From Actinomycetes bacterium (GTDB lineage: Bacteria > Actinomycetota > Acidimicrobiia > Acidimicrobiales > Bog-793): a DNA stretch of 52,251 nt. Location of the stretch: positions 1 through 52,251 of the forward strand of contig JAJZCK010000001.1 of assembly GCA_021846125.1 (NCBI GenBank). The letters are read 5' to 3'. A program made the translations under genes and the position numbers. The first letter of the stretch is position 1. Each line of letters begins with the position of its first letter. The notes under the pieces are model-generated. The model had not been told where the DNA came from, did no database searches, and was given only the letters and a program-made list of their open reading frames with translations. Shown here one piece after another: positions 8,562 to 17,057 of this stretch.

Positions 8562-9818
8562 TTGTTGGGGATATCCTCCTGCGCCGTGGCAGCGTTCGCC
8601 GACGGCTTCGACGACTTCCCCGACGAGGACCCCCTCGCGCCGCCGTTGCCGGCCGAAGACAGGCTGTGGCGCCACCCGTCCGAGCTCGGCTCGCTCGGCA
8701 GCTCCCTTCCGCTCGACCCGATCACGGTCCGGCGCCGTTGGCTCGCCAGCCAGCCGTCGAGAGCGAGCGCATGGACGGCCGGGCTCGTCGGAGCCCTGCT
8801 CGCAACGGGGCTCGTGGCACTCGGGACGCACCTCGCATCGGCAATCACGGCAAGGCCTGGCCAAAGCGGGGTGGAGCTGCTCACAACCCCTGCTGGCGCC
8901 TCCGCCACACCCTCGGCAGCGAGCGGCCGGCACCCTGTCGAGGCCATCGGCACGACCCTCGCGACCGACATCGCCGCCGCCGGCAAGGCGGTGTTCTACG
9001 TCGACGTCACCCGGCAAGGGACACGCAGCCGGACCCTTGGCATCGGTATCGGCGCGAGCGGGATGCTCCTCGCCCCCGCGGCACAGATAGCCGGAGCCAC
9101 GAGCATCGTCGTGGTGCTCCCGGACGGCGCTTCCTACGTCGGTGACGTCGTCGGAACCGACTTCGCCCCTCGGGCCGCGTCGAGCGGCCTGGCGCTCCTC
9201 CACGTGAACGGCGTCACCGACCTCCCGGTCGCACCCCTCTCGACGGCGCCGATGACAGCGCAGCAGGTCCTCGCCGTCGCCGTGAGCGGACCAGGCGGCT
9301 CGACCTTCTCGGTCGGCTCGGTCGTCACCACTCCCCGCAGCGCGCCGGCCGGCAGCACGGTTCTCGTCGACGCGATGTCGACCGACCTCCCGACGGCCGC
9401 AGCCCCGCCCGGCAGCATGCTGCTGGGCGCGGACGGGCGCGTCCTCGGCATCGTGACCGGCTCGTCGGGAGGCAAGGCGCTGGCAACACCCGCCTGGATC
9501 GCGACGGACGTAGCGGCAAAGCTCGCCTCTGAGGGAGCTGTCGTCCACGGATGGCTAGGGATCGAGGGCACGACGGCCGGCCGTGCCGGCGGCGGTGTGA
9601 CCGTGGGAGCAGTCGCCCGCTCCAGCGCCGCGAGCACGGTCAAGCTGCGGCGCGGCGATGTCATCGTCTCGGTGGACGGCCGCTCCGTCACCAGCATGGC
9701 GCAGCTGCAAGGCCTGCTCTACCTGTCGAGACCGGGCCAGCGGCTGTCCGTGGGTGTCGTGCGCGACGGGCACCCGGTGGTGTTGCGCGTCTCCCTCGAG
9801 GGAGAGCAGCACGGCTGA
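8562..9818 (+). CDS. HtrA/S1C-like protein with a C-terminal PDZ domain; the catalytic triad appears degenerate
   Basis: The cytoplasmic N-terminus has the DRLWRHPSELG motif common in actinobacterial HtrA-like proteins, followed by one TM helix and a trypsin-fold-like region. The PDZ-like C-terminus contains GVTVGAVARSSAASTVKLRRGDVIVSVDGRSVTS. The expected TNNHV, DLAVLK and GNSGGP motifs read APAAQI, GLALLHV and APPGSML. Confidence 0.6.
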   Translation: MLGISSCAVAAFADGFDDFPDEDPLAPPLPAEDRLWRHPSELGSLGSSLPLDPITVRRRWLASQPSRASAWTAGLVGALLATGLVALGTHLASAITARPGQSGVELLTTPAGASATPSAASGRHPVEAIGTTLATDIAAAGKAVFYVDVTRQGTRSRTLGIGIGASGMLLAPAAQIAGATSIVVVLPDGASYVGDVVGTDFAPRAASSGLALLHVNGVTDLPVAPLSTAPMTAQQVLAVAVSGPGGSTFSVGSVVTTPRSAPAGSTVLVDAMSTDLPTAAAPPGSMLLGADGRVLGIVTGSSGGKALATPAWIATDVAAKLASEGAVVHGWLGIEGTTAGRAGGGVTVGAVARSSAASTVKLRRGDVIVSVDGRSVTSMAQLQGLLYLSRPGQRLSVGVVRDGHPVVLRVSLEGEQHG

Positions 9819-9870
9819 GCCGCGCCTGCATGTCCGGCCATTCACGGCGGGACGCGCCTAGATTCGTGTC

Positions 9871-11127
9871 ATGGCTCCCGACATCCCCCCCGGCATGGGT
9901 GGCTTCTTCCAGGGGATGATCGGCGACCTGCTCCGCATGCTCAAGACGGACTCACCACTCCAGTGGGACCTCGCGCTCCAGCTCGCGCAAACTGTCGCCG
10001 CCGAGGGTCAGGCGGAGGGCAACGTCGACCCCTCCGAGCGGATCTGCCTCGAAGGTCTCATCGGCGTAGCCGAGCTGCACGTCGCCGACGTCACCGGGAT
10101 GACGACCTCGCCAGGAGGGCGACCCCTGTCGATCGTGACCACAGGACGCGCAGAGTGGGCACGACGCAGCCTCGAGGGCTGGAGGCCGGTCATCGAGCAG
10201 ATCGCCGCCGCGCTCGCGCCGCGCGACGCCGGGGCCGCTGCGAACGGGCCCGGCGCGACGGAGGATCTCCTCGCCAGCGAGGAGAGTGGTGACGAGGCAC
10301 TGGCTGCCTTCCTCGGTCGATGGACGAGCGCAGTCGCTCCGGCGATGATCGCTATGCAGGTCGGCTCGGTCGTCGGCCATCTCGCGCAGCGCGCGCTCGG
10401 CCAGTACGACCTACCGCTTCCCCGCCGGGACGACGGCGAGATCCTCGTGGTGCCTTCCAACGCCACCCAGTTCGCCGAGGACTGGAGCCTGCCGCCGGCC
10501 GACGTTGCCCTGTGGCTTTGCGTACGAGACGTCGCGGTGCATGCCGTGCTGACCCGTCCCCATGTACGGTCCCGGCTCGAATCGCTTCTCAGGCGCCAGG
10601 CCACGGGCTTCCGGCCCGACCCGACGGCGCTCGAGGAGCGCCTCGGCCAGGCGGCGGCCGGCGGGATGCCGGATCTCGGCGACCTGACACGCCTCCTCGG
10701 CGACCCCGGCACCTTCGGCGAGCTGGACGACAGCCCCGAGCTCCGCCAGGTGCGCGCGGAGCTCTCGGCACTGAGCTCCGCTGTCGAGGGCTACGCGGAA
10801 TGGGTGACGGACACCGTCGCCGCGCGGTCCATCGGCGCCCGCAGTGCGATCCGGGAGGCGCTGCGTCGCAGGCGCGTCGAACGCGGCGACGAGGAGCGCG
10901 TCGCAGAGTCGCTCTTCGGCCTCCACCTCGACCAGGATGCCGTCGACCGGGGGGAGTCCTTCGTCCGCGGGATTCTCGAGCGTGGAGGTGAGGCGGAGCT
11001 CATGAAGCTATGGCGCGACGAGCGCAATCTCCCGACGCCGGCCGAGCTCGACGCTCCCGGGCTGTGGATCGAGAGGGTGAACCTCCCGGCTCTCGGAGAC
11101 GGCGGGGGCGAGCCGACCGACCACTGA
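9871..11127 (+). CDS. Zincin-like / DUF2342 family protein (annotated in databases as a zinc-dependent metalloprotease); no HExxH seen
   Basis: 418 aa. The N-terminal GMIGDLLRML...WDLALQLAQ and overall length and composition match my memory of the PF10103 (TIGR03624-like) family. The place where HExxH is expected reads WLCVRDVAVHAV. Confidence 0.5.
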   Translation: MAPDIPPGMGGFFQGMIGDLLRMLKTDSPLQWDLALQLAQTVAAEGQAEGNVDPSERICLEGLIGVAELHVADVTGMTTSPGGRPLSIVTTGRAEWARRSLEGWRPVIEQIAAALAPRDAGAAANGPGATEDLLASEESGDEALAAFLGRWTSAVAPAMIAMQVGSVVGHLAQRALGQYDLPLPRRDDGEILVVPSNATQFAEDWSLPPADVALWLCVRDVAVHAVLTRPHVRSRLESLLRRQATGFRPDPTALEERLGQAAAGGMPDLGDLTRLLGDPGTFGELDDSPELRQVRAELSALSSAVEGYAEWVTDTVAARSIGARSAIREALRRRRVERGDEERVAESLFGLHLDQDAVDRGESFVRGILERGGEAELMKLWRDERNLPTPAELDAPGLWIERVNLPALGDGGGEPTDH

Positions 11128-11142
11128 GCACCTGGACGCTCT

Positions 11143-11439
11143 TCAGGCCCCGGTGGCGGCATCTTCCTCGGGGATGCCGAGATCCCATTCGAGGAGGAGG
11201 TTCTCGCGCTCGGCGTCACGTACGACACGCTCGCGGTTCCGGCGGAACTGCGGGTCGTGGGGAGGCAGCAGGACGAGACGCGCGAGAGCCCGCTCGCGGA
11301 ACGCCTCGACGACCGCTCGCTCGCCGAATTGGGAGTCCACCTCCCAGTGCGGTGCCACCGGTCCGAGGTAGACGACACGCACGTGGCCCCGCGGGGGCTC
11401 GCTCGGCGCCGCAGCCTCACCGGGGGTGATCGTCGTCAT
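11143..11439 (-). CDS. Small hypothetical protein (98 aa)
   Basis: ATG at 11439 is preceded by GGAG at about 7 nt. GC3 bias is strong throughout. I do not recognise a family (MTTITPGEAAAPSEPPRGHVRVVYLGPVAPHWEV...). Confidence 0.5.
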   Translation of the reverse strand: MTTITPGEAAAPSEPPRGHVRVVYLGPVAPHWEVDSQFGERAVVEAFRERALARLVLLPPHDPQFRRNRERVVRDAERENLLLEWDLGIPEEDAATGA

Positions 11440-11652
11440 AGGGAAGCTCCTTGGTCGCGGCGCCCGAGCCGGGCACGACCTTCCCACTGTACCGGCGGGG
11501 CCCGCGCACGGCCGGCGCCACCGTCACTGTGCGCTCGCTGGCCGTGCGCTCGGTGTTAACTGCGTGCTAACAGCCTGTTCACAGGAACCGGGTGTAGCCT
11601 CGCAACATTGCAGGTAGCAGGCTCGGTGTCGTTGCCTGAGGAGGGTGGTGCG

Positions 11653-11898
11653 ATGGATACGGTGTGGATGGCAGAAGGCAAGTGCCGGGAGCTCCCACCG
11701 GAGACGTTCTTTCCGAGCGACGGCGTGGGCGTCGAGGTCGCACGGCGCATCTGCGCGGACTGCCCGGTCAAGGCGCAGTGCCTCGAGTACGCGATGGAGA
11801 ACCACATCGACCACGGCGTCTGGGGCGGTACGTCCGAGCGGGAGCGCCGGCGCATCGCGCGCCAGCGCCGTCACCTCAGCCTGCACAGCTCGCGCTGA
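11653..11898 (+). CDS. WhiB family [4Fe-4S] transcription factor
   Basis: Four Cys in WhiB spacing (KCRE...ICADCPVKAQC), the GVWGG turn and a basic tail ERERRRIARQRR. ATG at 11653 is preceded by GAGGAGGG. The track ORF starts at 11608. Confidence 0.88.
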   Translation: MDTVWMAEGKCRELPPETFFPSDGVGVEVARRICADCPVKAQCLEYAMENHIDHGVWGGTSERERRRIARQRRHLSLHSSR

Positions 11899-11986
11899 AG
11901 CGACCTGGCGAGCGCATCGTGATCAGTCGCATCCTGCAGATCGGGGCGCCCGCGAGCCCAGTCCTTACGCAGTAGCCGTACCCGTC

Positions 11987-12808
11987 GTGCTCGAAGCGGT
12001 CGTCAACGTCGCCGAAGGCTCCCGCGCCGGGGTCGTCCGGAGTCTGGCAGAGCTCGTTGGCCCCTCCCTTCTCGACGTCCACAGCGACGCGTGGCACAAC
12101 CGCTCGGTGCTCACGATCGCGGGCGCCGACCTCGAAAGCTCCGTCCGCGCCTTGGCAACCGCGGTCGTCGCGACCTTGGATATACGCGTCCACGAGGGTG
12201 CGCACCCGCGCCTCGGCGTGCTCGACGTCGTCCCGTTCGTCCCGATCCGAGATCCGTGCCGCCCCGACGTCTCGGGCGAGCTCACCGAGGCGCTGGCGGC
12301 ACGCGACTCCTTCGCCGCGTGGGCCGGCGAGGTCCTCGGACTGCCCTGCTTTCTCTACGGACCGGATCGATCCCTGCCTGAGATCCGCCGGGGTGCGTTC
12401 GCGACCGTCGTGCCGGACACCGGCCCTCGGCGCCCGCACCCGACGGCAGGCGCAACGTGCGTCGGGGCCCGCGGGCCCCTCGTCGCATACAACCTGTGGC
12501 TCGACGGCTGCGACGTCACCGTCGCGCGGGCTGTCGCGCGATCGATCCGGTCCCCGGAGGTGCGTGCCCTCGGCCTCGCGCTCGGCGAGCACGCGCAGGT
12601 CTCGTGCAACCTCGTCGCACCGGAACGTGTCGGCCCGGGAGCGGTCTACGACGCCGTGGCGGCTCTCGCGCCGGTCTCTCGGGCGGAGCTCGTCGGCCTC
12701 CTGCCGAGACAGGTGCTCGACGCCGAGCCACGCTCTCGCTGGCGTCAGCTCGATCTCGGCGCACACAAGACGATCGAGCACCGTCTCAGCGCTCGCGTGC
12801 CGCCCTAG
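11987..12808 (+). CDS. Glutamate formimidoyltransferase (FTCD N-terminal family)
   Basis: With the GTG start at 11987 the protein begins M-LEAVVNVAEGSR, matching the family N-terminus (ECVPNFSEGR). Downstream are SVLTIAG and HPRLGVLDVVPFVP. The track ORF (from 11645) is over-extended across whiB in another frame. Confidence 0.7.
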   Translation: MLEAVVNVAEGSRAGVVRSLAELVGPSLLDVHSDAWHNRSVLTIAGADLESSVRALATAVVATLDIRVHEGAHPRLGVLDVVPFVPIRDPCRPDVSGELTEALAARDSFAAWAGEVLGLPCFLYGPDRSLPEIRRGAFATVVPDTGPRRPHPTAGATCVGARGPLVAYNLWLDGCDVTVARAVARSIRSPEVRALGLALGEHAQVSCNLVAPERVGPGAVYDAVAALAPVSRAELVGLLPRQVLDAEPRSRWRQLDLGAHKTIEHRLSARVPP

Positions 12809-12836
12809 CGTCGGCTGGGCGGAGACGGTGCCGGTT

Positions 12837-13199
12837 TCACGACGCCGCGCCGACGTCTTGCTGCAAGCCGAGCCGGGAACGGCGCACGCGGCGCCTCTCG
12901 CGCTCGCTCATCCCGCCCCAGATGCCAAACTTCTCGCCGTTCGCTATCGCGAAGTCCAGGCAGTCGTCCCGCACGACGCAGCCGCGGCACACCTCCTTGG
13001 CTTCTCGCGTAGACGATCCGCGCTCCGGGAAGAACAGCTCCGGGTCGACGCCCATGCAGTTGGCCCGGAACTGCCAGTCCCGGTCGAGCTCGCCTATGAG
13101 CGCCTGGACGTCCACCGGCACCCTCCTCTCGGCACGACCACTCTCGCCCACGACCTCCCGTGACCGAGTGGCAACAGCGTAACTACACTGTTGTGACAA
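12837..13199 (-). CDS. whiB: WhiB family transcription factor, WhiB2/WhiB-like
   Basis: DWQFRANCMGVDPELFFPERGSSTREAKEVCRGCVVRDDCLDFAIANGEKFGIWGGMSERERRRV closely follows the WhiB2/WhmD pattern I recall. The true start may be the GTG at 13115, which is preceded by GAGGAGG and gives 92 aa. Confidence 0.85.
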   Translation of the reverse strand: MSQQCSYAVATRSREVVGESGRAERRVPVDVQALIGELDRDWQFRANCMGVDPELFFPERGSSTREAKEVCRGCVVRDDCLDFAIANGEKFGIWGGMSERERRRVRRSRLGLQQDVGAAS

Positions 13200-13265
13200 T
13201 GATGGACCTACTCACGGCTGCATGCAAGGGGAAGTTGAGCCACGTGACGCGGAGCCGGAGGACCG

Positions 13266-15350
13266 TCAGCGATGCGCCACGCGCCTCGACCGACCGGAGC
13301 GCAGCTCGACGAAGTCGACGAGCAGGTAGCGGCCGAGCTCCTCGGGCGTGGTGAAGAAGGCCCTGCCGCGGTTGACCCTCGTCATTTGCTCGACGAATGC
13401 CCGAAGGTCCCCAGTGGCGTCGAGCACGAAGATGTCGATCGTGATCCCGGCCCTCGTGCAGCGAGCCACCTCTGCAAGCGTCGCCGCGATCGTCTCCGGC
13501 GTGGGCGGGTAGTCGAAGAAGACGTCGCCGCCTTCGAGCACGTGTGCCGTCGGCTCGCCGTCGGTGACGACGACGAGCTGCTTCGCTCCACTCTTGTGGC
13601 GTAGGAGTGACCGGGCGAGAGCGAGGGCGTGCTGGAGATTCGTGCCGTAGGCGAAGTCCCAGGAGAGCGCAGGAAGCTCCTCGGCCGCGATGACGCGTGC
13701 GGTCGCCGAGAACCCGACCAGGCCGAGGAAGTCGCGGGGATAGCGGGACGCGATGAGAGACTGGAGAGCGAGCGCGACCTTCTTGGCGGCGAGGAAGTTC
13801 TCGCGGATCGGCATCGAGAGCGACAAGTCGAGCGCGAGCACCGTCGACGCGGCACTCAGATGCTCGCTGCGCTCGACCTCGAAATCTTCCTCCTTCAACC
13901 GGATCGGGAGCTGGAGCGCAGCCGGTCCGCCGGCCGTCGAGACCCTGAGCAAGGCGTTGCGCAGGGTGCGCTCGACGTCCAGGCGGAGAAGGTCGCCGTG
14001 CTCGTACAGCTTGGTCTCGTCGCTCCGGTCGTGGCCTATGCCCGACACCTCGGCGCGGTGCTCTCCGACCCGGTCCCGGCGCACGCGGGCGAACAGCTCG
14101 TCGAGGGCTCGCTCACCGAGACGACGCAGCCCCCTCGGCGTCATCGCGAGGCGACCTTCCTTCCGCCCGACGAGCCCGTCTTCCTCGAGCCGGCGCGTCA
14201 AGGTCGCGAGCGTCTCGAGGACCTCGGCGGCGTCGGGACCGAGCAGTCGAGCAAGCTCTGCGGGGTCGAGCTCGGCGAGCTCGGCCGGCTGGGTGAGCGT
14301 CTTCAGGGTCGCTGCGAGACGGTCCAGCTCGGCGATCTCCGTGAAGACCTCCCCGGCTCCTGGGAAGTCGAGCTGCACCTCGCCGGACATGGCGACGGCC
14401 CTGTCCCAGCCGAGCGACGGAAGCACCGCTCGCAGCCCGCGACCGAGCCGCTCGAGCTCCCGGACGAGCCCGTCGTCCGCCATCAGGGCCTCCGACAGCG
14501 CTGCGAGCTCGGCGCGCTGCTCGGCAGACATCGACGCGACAAGCGAGCTGGCAGACGCCATCTGACGGGCGATCTGGCCGAGGAGCTCGTCGAGGTTGCC
14601 TGCGGCCCCCGGGAACACGTCCCCGAAGCGCTCCATGAGCTCCCCGAAGGACGGGTCGATCGGCTCGCCCGCCTCGCGCTGCTCGAGCATCGCGCTGAGA
14701 GCGGCCATCCCGTCGCGCAGGTGCGCGCGATCCTGCGCGCTCGACGACGCCAGCGCCCCGGCAGCACGGTCGAGCTGCACCTGGACAAGGTCCCGGCGGA
14801 GATCGTCGAGGAGCTCGTCGAACGCCTCCCGCGCACGGCCCGAAGCGAAGTCGTGACCGGTGAGCGTGGCGACTCGCTCCACGAGCCCCTCGGGAAGCAG
14901 GCCCAGCTCGGCGAGCTGTTCGCCGGCTCGCCGAGCGGTCGCACCCGGCTCGTGGGCCATGCGCTCGAGCTCCGCGCGCTCGGTGTCGACGACGTCGTCG
15001 AGACGGCGCCTCGCCTCGTCGTAGAGACCGGACAGGTTGCCCGAGGACGCGAGACGCGCCCGTCGGGCATCGATCCGCTCGACGAGCGAGCGCAGCCCGG
15101 CGACCCGGCGACCCGACGACGTGACGAGCCCCTGATGGAGCAGCCGGCGCAGCGCTGCATCGACGTCGCCGTGGTAGAGAAGGTCGTCCGCGACGGCGGT
15201 GAGCACGTCGCGCCCGTCGAGCCGCCCCAGCTCGTCGCCACCCTCCCAGCGGCCGTACCGCCACCCACGCGACAGCGAAGCACCCGTCGCGTGAGCCGTC
15301 GGCTCGCTCCTGCCCGCCCGCGCCCGCTCCTCCCGGTCGCCCTCGGTCAT
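13266..15350 (-). CDS. VWA domain protein, ChlD-like partner of the upstream AAA+ ATPase (Rv0959-like)
   Basis: The C-terminal von Willebrand A domain has the MIDAS motif VLALDLSLSM, then GFSATA and LVVVTDGEPTAH. The long helical N-terminal region is Arg/Glu-rich. The start is set at ATG 15350, preceded by AGGTGAGGGA. The track ORF extends to 15398. Confidence 0.75.
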   Translation of the reverse strand: MTEGDREERARAGRSEPTAHATGASLSRGWRYGRWEGGDELGRLDGRDVLTAVADDLLYHGDVDAALRRLLHQGLVTSSGRRVAGLRSLVERIDARRARLASSGNLSGLYDEARRRLDDVVDTERAELERMAHEPGATARRAGEQLAELGLLPEGLVERVATLTGHDFASGRAREAFDELLDDLRRDLVQVQLDRAAGALASSSAQDRAHLRDGMAALSAMLEQREAGEPIDPSFGELMERFGDVFPGAAGNLDELLGQIARQMASASSLVASMSAEQRAELAALSEALMADDGLVRELERLGRGLRAVLPSLGWDRAVAMSGEVQLDFPGAGEVFTEIAELDRLAATLKTLTQPAELAELDPAELARLLGPDAAEVLETLATLTRRLEEDGLVGRKEGRLAMTPRGLRRLGERALDELFARVRRDRVGEHRAEVSGIGHDRSDETKLYEHGDLLRLDVERTLRNALLRVSTAGGPAALQLPIRLKEEDFEVERSEHLSAASTVLALDLSLSMPIRENFLAAKKVALALQSLIASRYPRDFLGLVGFSATARVIAAEELPALSWDFAYGTNLQHALALARSLLRHKSGAKQLVVVTDGEPTAHVLEGGDVFFDYPPTPETIAATLAEVARCTRAGITIDIFVLDATGDLRAFVEQMTRVNRGRAFFTTPEELGRYLLVDFVELRSGRSRRVAHR

Positions 15351-15436
15351 AGGTCCCTCACCTTTGTGTCCGTGTCCCCCGACGGCGCCCCTCGCCAAGG
15401 GCGTCCGCTCGCTCCGGGCGCGCCAGCTCCTCTCGC

Positions 15437-16873
15437 TCAGCGGGCGGAGTACGTGCTCGCACCCGAGGTGGCGTCCTTGCTCAGCCGGCGCGCAAGATGG
15501 AGCCCTTCGAGAAGTAGCTCGAGGGCGCTAGCCACCTCCGCTGGCCTGGCAGCCAGGCCAGCGAGCGCCTCGACCGCCACGGAGAGCGCGGGCGAGGCGG
15601 CTGCTGCCTCGACATAGGCCGCGGAGGACATCTCTGCACCGACGTCGACGACGCGCCCCGCGTCGAACTCCTCGACCACGGCCGTCAGCTGTGCCTGCGG
15701 GCAGCGCTCGCGGAACACCTGGAGGACCGCTGTCCGGACGAGCTGACGGACGATCTCCGCCTCGCCCCCGTCCTCGAGCGCCTCGACCTCGATCTTGCCC
15801 ACGGTCGAGGCGAGCACAGCGTCGAGGTCGCTCACCCGCGGGACCGCGAGCGGCTCGCCGAGACGGAGCGCCCTGCGCAGCGACGCCGCAGCGACGGTCT
15901 CCTGGTTCGCGATGCTCGCGCGCACCGAGACCCCGGAGCGTTGGTCGATCCTCGGGCTGGAGCGGGCGGCGTGACTGATCACCGCGACGATCTCGGCCAT
16001 CGGCTCGGGCAGCGCGAGCTCCACCCCGCCGACGCCGCCGAGATGCGCCTCCTGGGCGACGATCGCGATCTCGGTCGCCACCTCGATCGGGTAGTGCGTC
16101 CGGATCTGCGCTCCGAAGCGATCCTTCAGCGGCGTGATGATCCTGCCCCGGTTCGTGTAGTCGTCCGGGTTCGCGGTGGCGACGAGGAGAAGGTCGACCG
16201 GCATCCGGACACGGTGCCCTCGGATCTGGACGTCCTGCTCCTCGAGGACGTTGAGAAGGCCCACCTGGATCCTCTCCGCGAGGTCGGGCAGCTCGTTGAT
16301 GGCGAAAATGCCGCGGTTGGTCCTCGGGACGAGGCCGTAGTGGATCGTGAGCTCGTCCGCGAGGTAGCGGCCCTCGGCGACCTTGACCGGGTCCACCTCC
16401 CCGATGAGATCCGCGATCGAGGTGTCCGGCGTCGCGAGCTTCTCGCCGTAACGGTCGGAGCGGTGGACCCACGCGACTGGTGTCTCGTCGCCGAGCTCGG
16501 CAACGAGGTCCCGGGCGTGGCGCGACACGGGCCGGAACGGGTCGTCGTTGATCTCGGACCCCGAGACCACTGGTGCCCACTCGTCGAGGAGCTCGACGAG
16601 CGAGCGGACGATCCTCGACTTCGCCTGGCCGCGCTCGCCGAGCAAGATGACGTCATGCCCCGCGAGGAGCGCATTCTCGAGCTGCGGCACCACGGTGTCC
16701 TCGAAGCCGAGGACACCGTCGACCGCTGGTCTGCCGGCAGCGATACGAGAGGCGACGTTGCGCCGGACCTCCTCGCGCACCGACACCGAGACCCACCCGG
16801 AGCTACGCAGCCCTCCGAGCGTCGCCGGGAACGGGGGGCCGTCTGGAAAGGAAGTCGTTCCTGCTCCGGCCAT
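15437..16873 (-). CDS. ChlI/BchI-like AAA+ ATPase (annotated magnesium chelatase-like, Rv0958-like)
   Basis: Walker A LLGERGQAKS, Walker B-like GIFAINELPDL, sensor region LLLVATANPDDY, and ITPLKDRFG. 478 aa, immediately upstream of and co-oriented with the VWA gene. Confidence 0.75.
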   Translation of the reverse strand: MAGAGTTSFPDGPPFPATLGGLRSSGWVSVSVREEVRRNVASRIAAGRPAVDGVLGFEDTVVPQLENALLAGHDVILLGERGQAKSRIVRSLVELLDEWAPVVSGSEINDDPFRPVSRHARDLVAELGDETPVAWVHRSDRYGEKLATPDTSIADLIGEVDPVKVAEGRYLADELTIHYGLVPRTNRGIFAINELPDLAERIQVGLLNVLEEQDVQIRGHRVRMPVDLLLVATANPDDYTNRGRIITPLKDRFGAQIRTHYPIEVATEIAIVAQEAHLGGVGGVELALPEPMAEIVAVISHAARSSPRIDQRSGVSVRASIANQETVAAASLRRALRLGEPLAVPRVSDLDAVLASTVGKIEVEALEDGGEAEIVRQLVRTAVLQVFRERCPQAQLTAVVEEFDAGRVVDVGAEMSSAAYVEAAAASPALSVAVEALAGLAARPAEVASALELLLEGLHLARRLSKDATSGASTYSAR

Positions 16874-17057
16874 TTCCTCACCCTAACGGCGGCTGGCGGC
16901 GCAGCGTCGGACGGGCTCGCGAGCCCGCGTCCTCGCCCGCCGTTTCGCCCGCGTGCAAGTGTTGGCGCGAGGATGAGCGGGGAAGGCCGGCGCGTGGCGC
17001 CGGTCGAGCCACGGAGGCCGGGCCGTCCGGCCTTTTCGACCGTTCGGACCTGGAGGG

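Noticed and set aside
13266-16873. Calling the AAA+/VWA pair a genuine magnesium or cobalt chelatase.
   Set aside because: No large ChlH/CobN-type subunit or tetrapyrrole genes are adjacent. The similarity is at the ChlI/ChlD architecture level only, so I left the function open.
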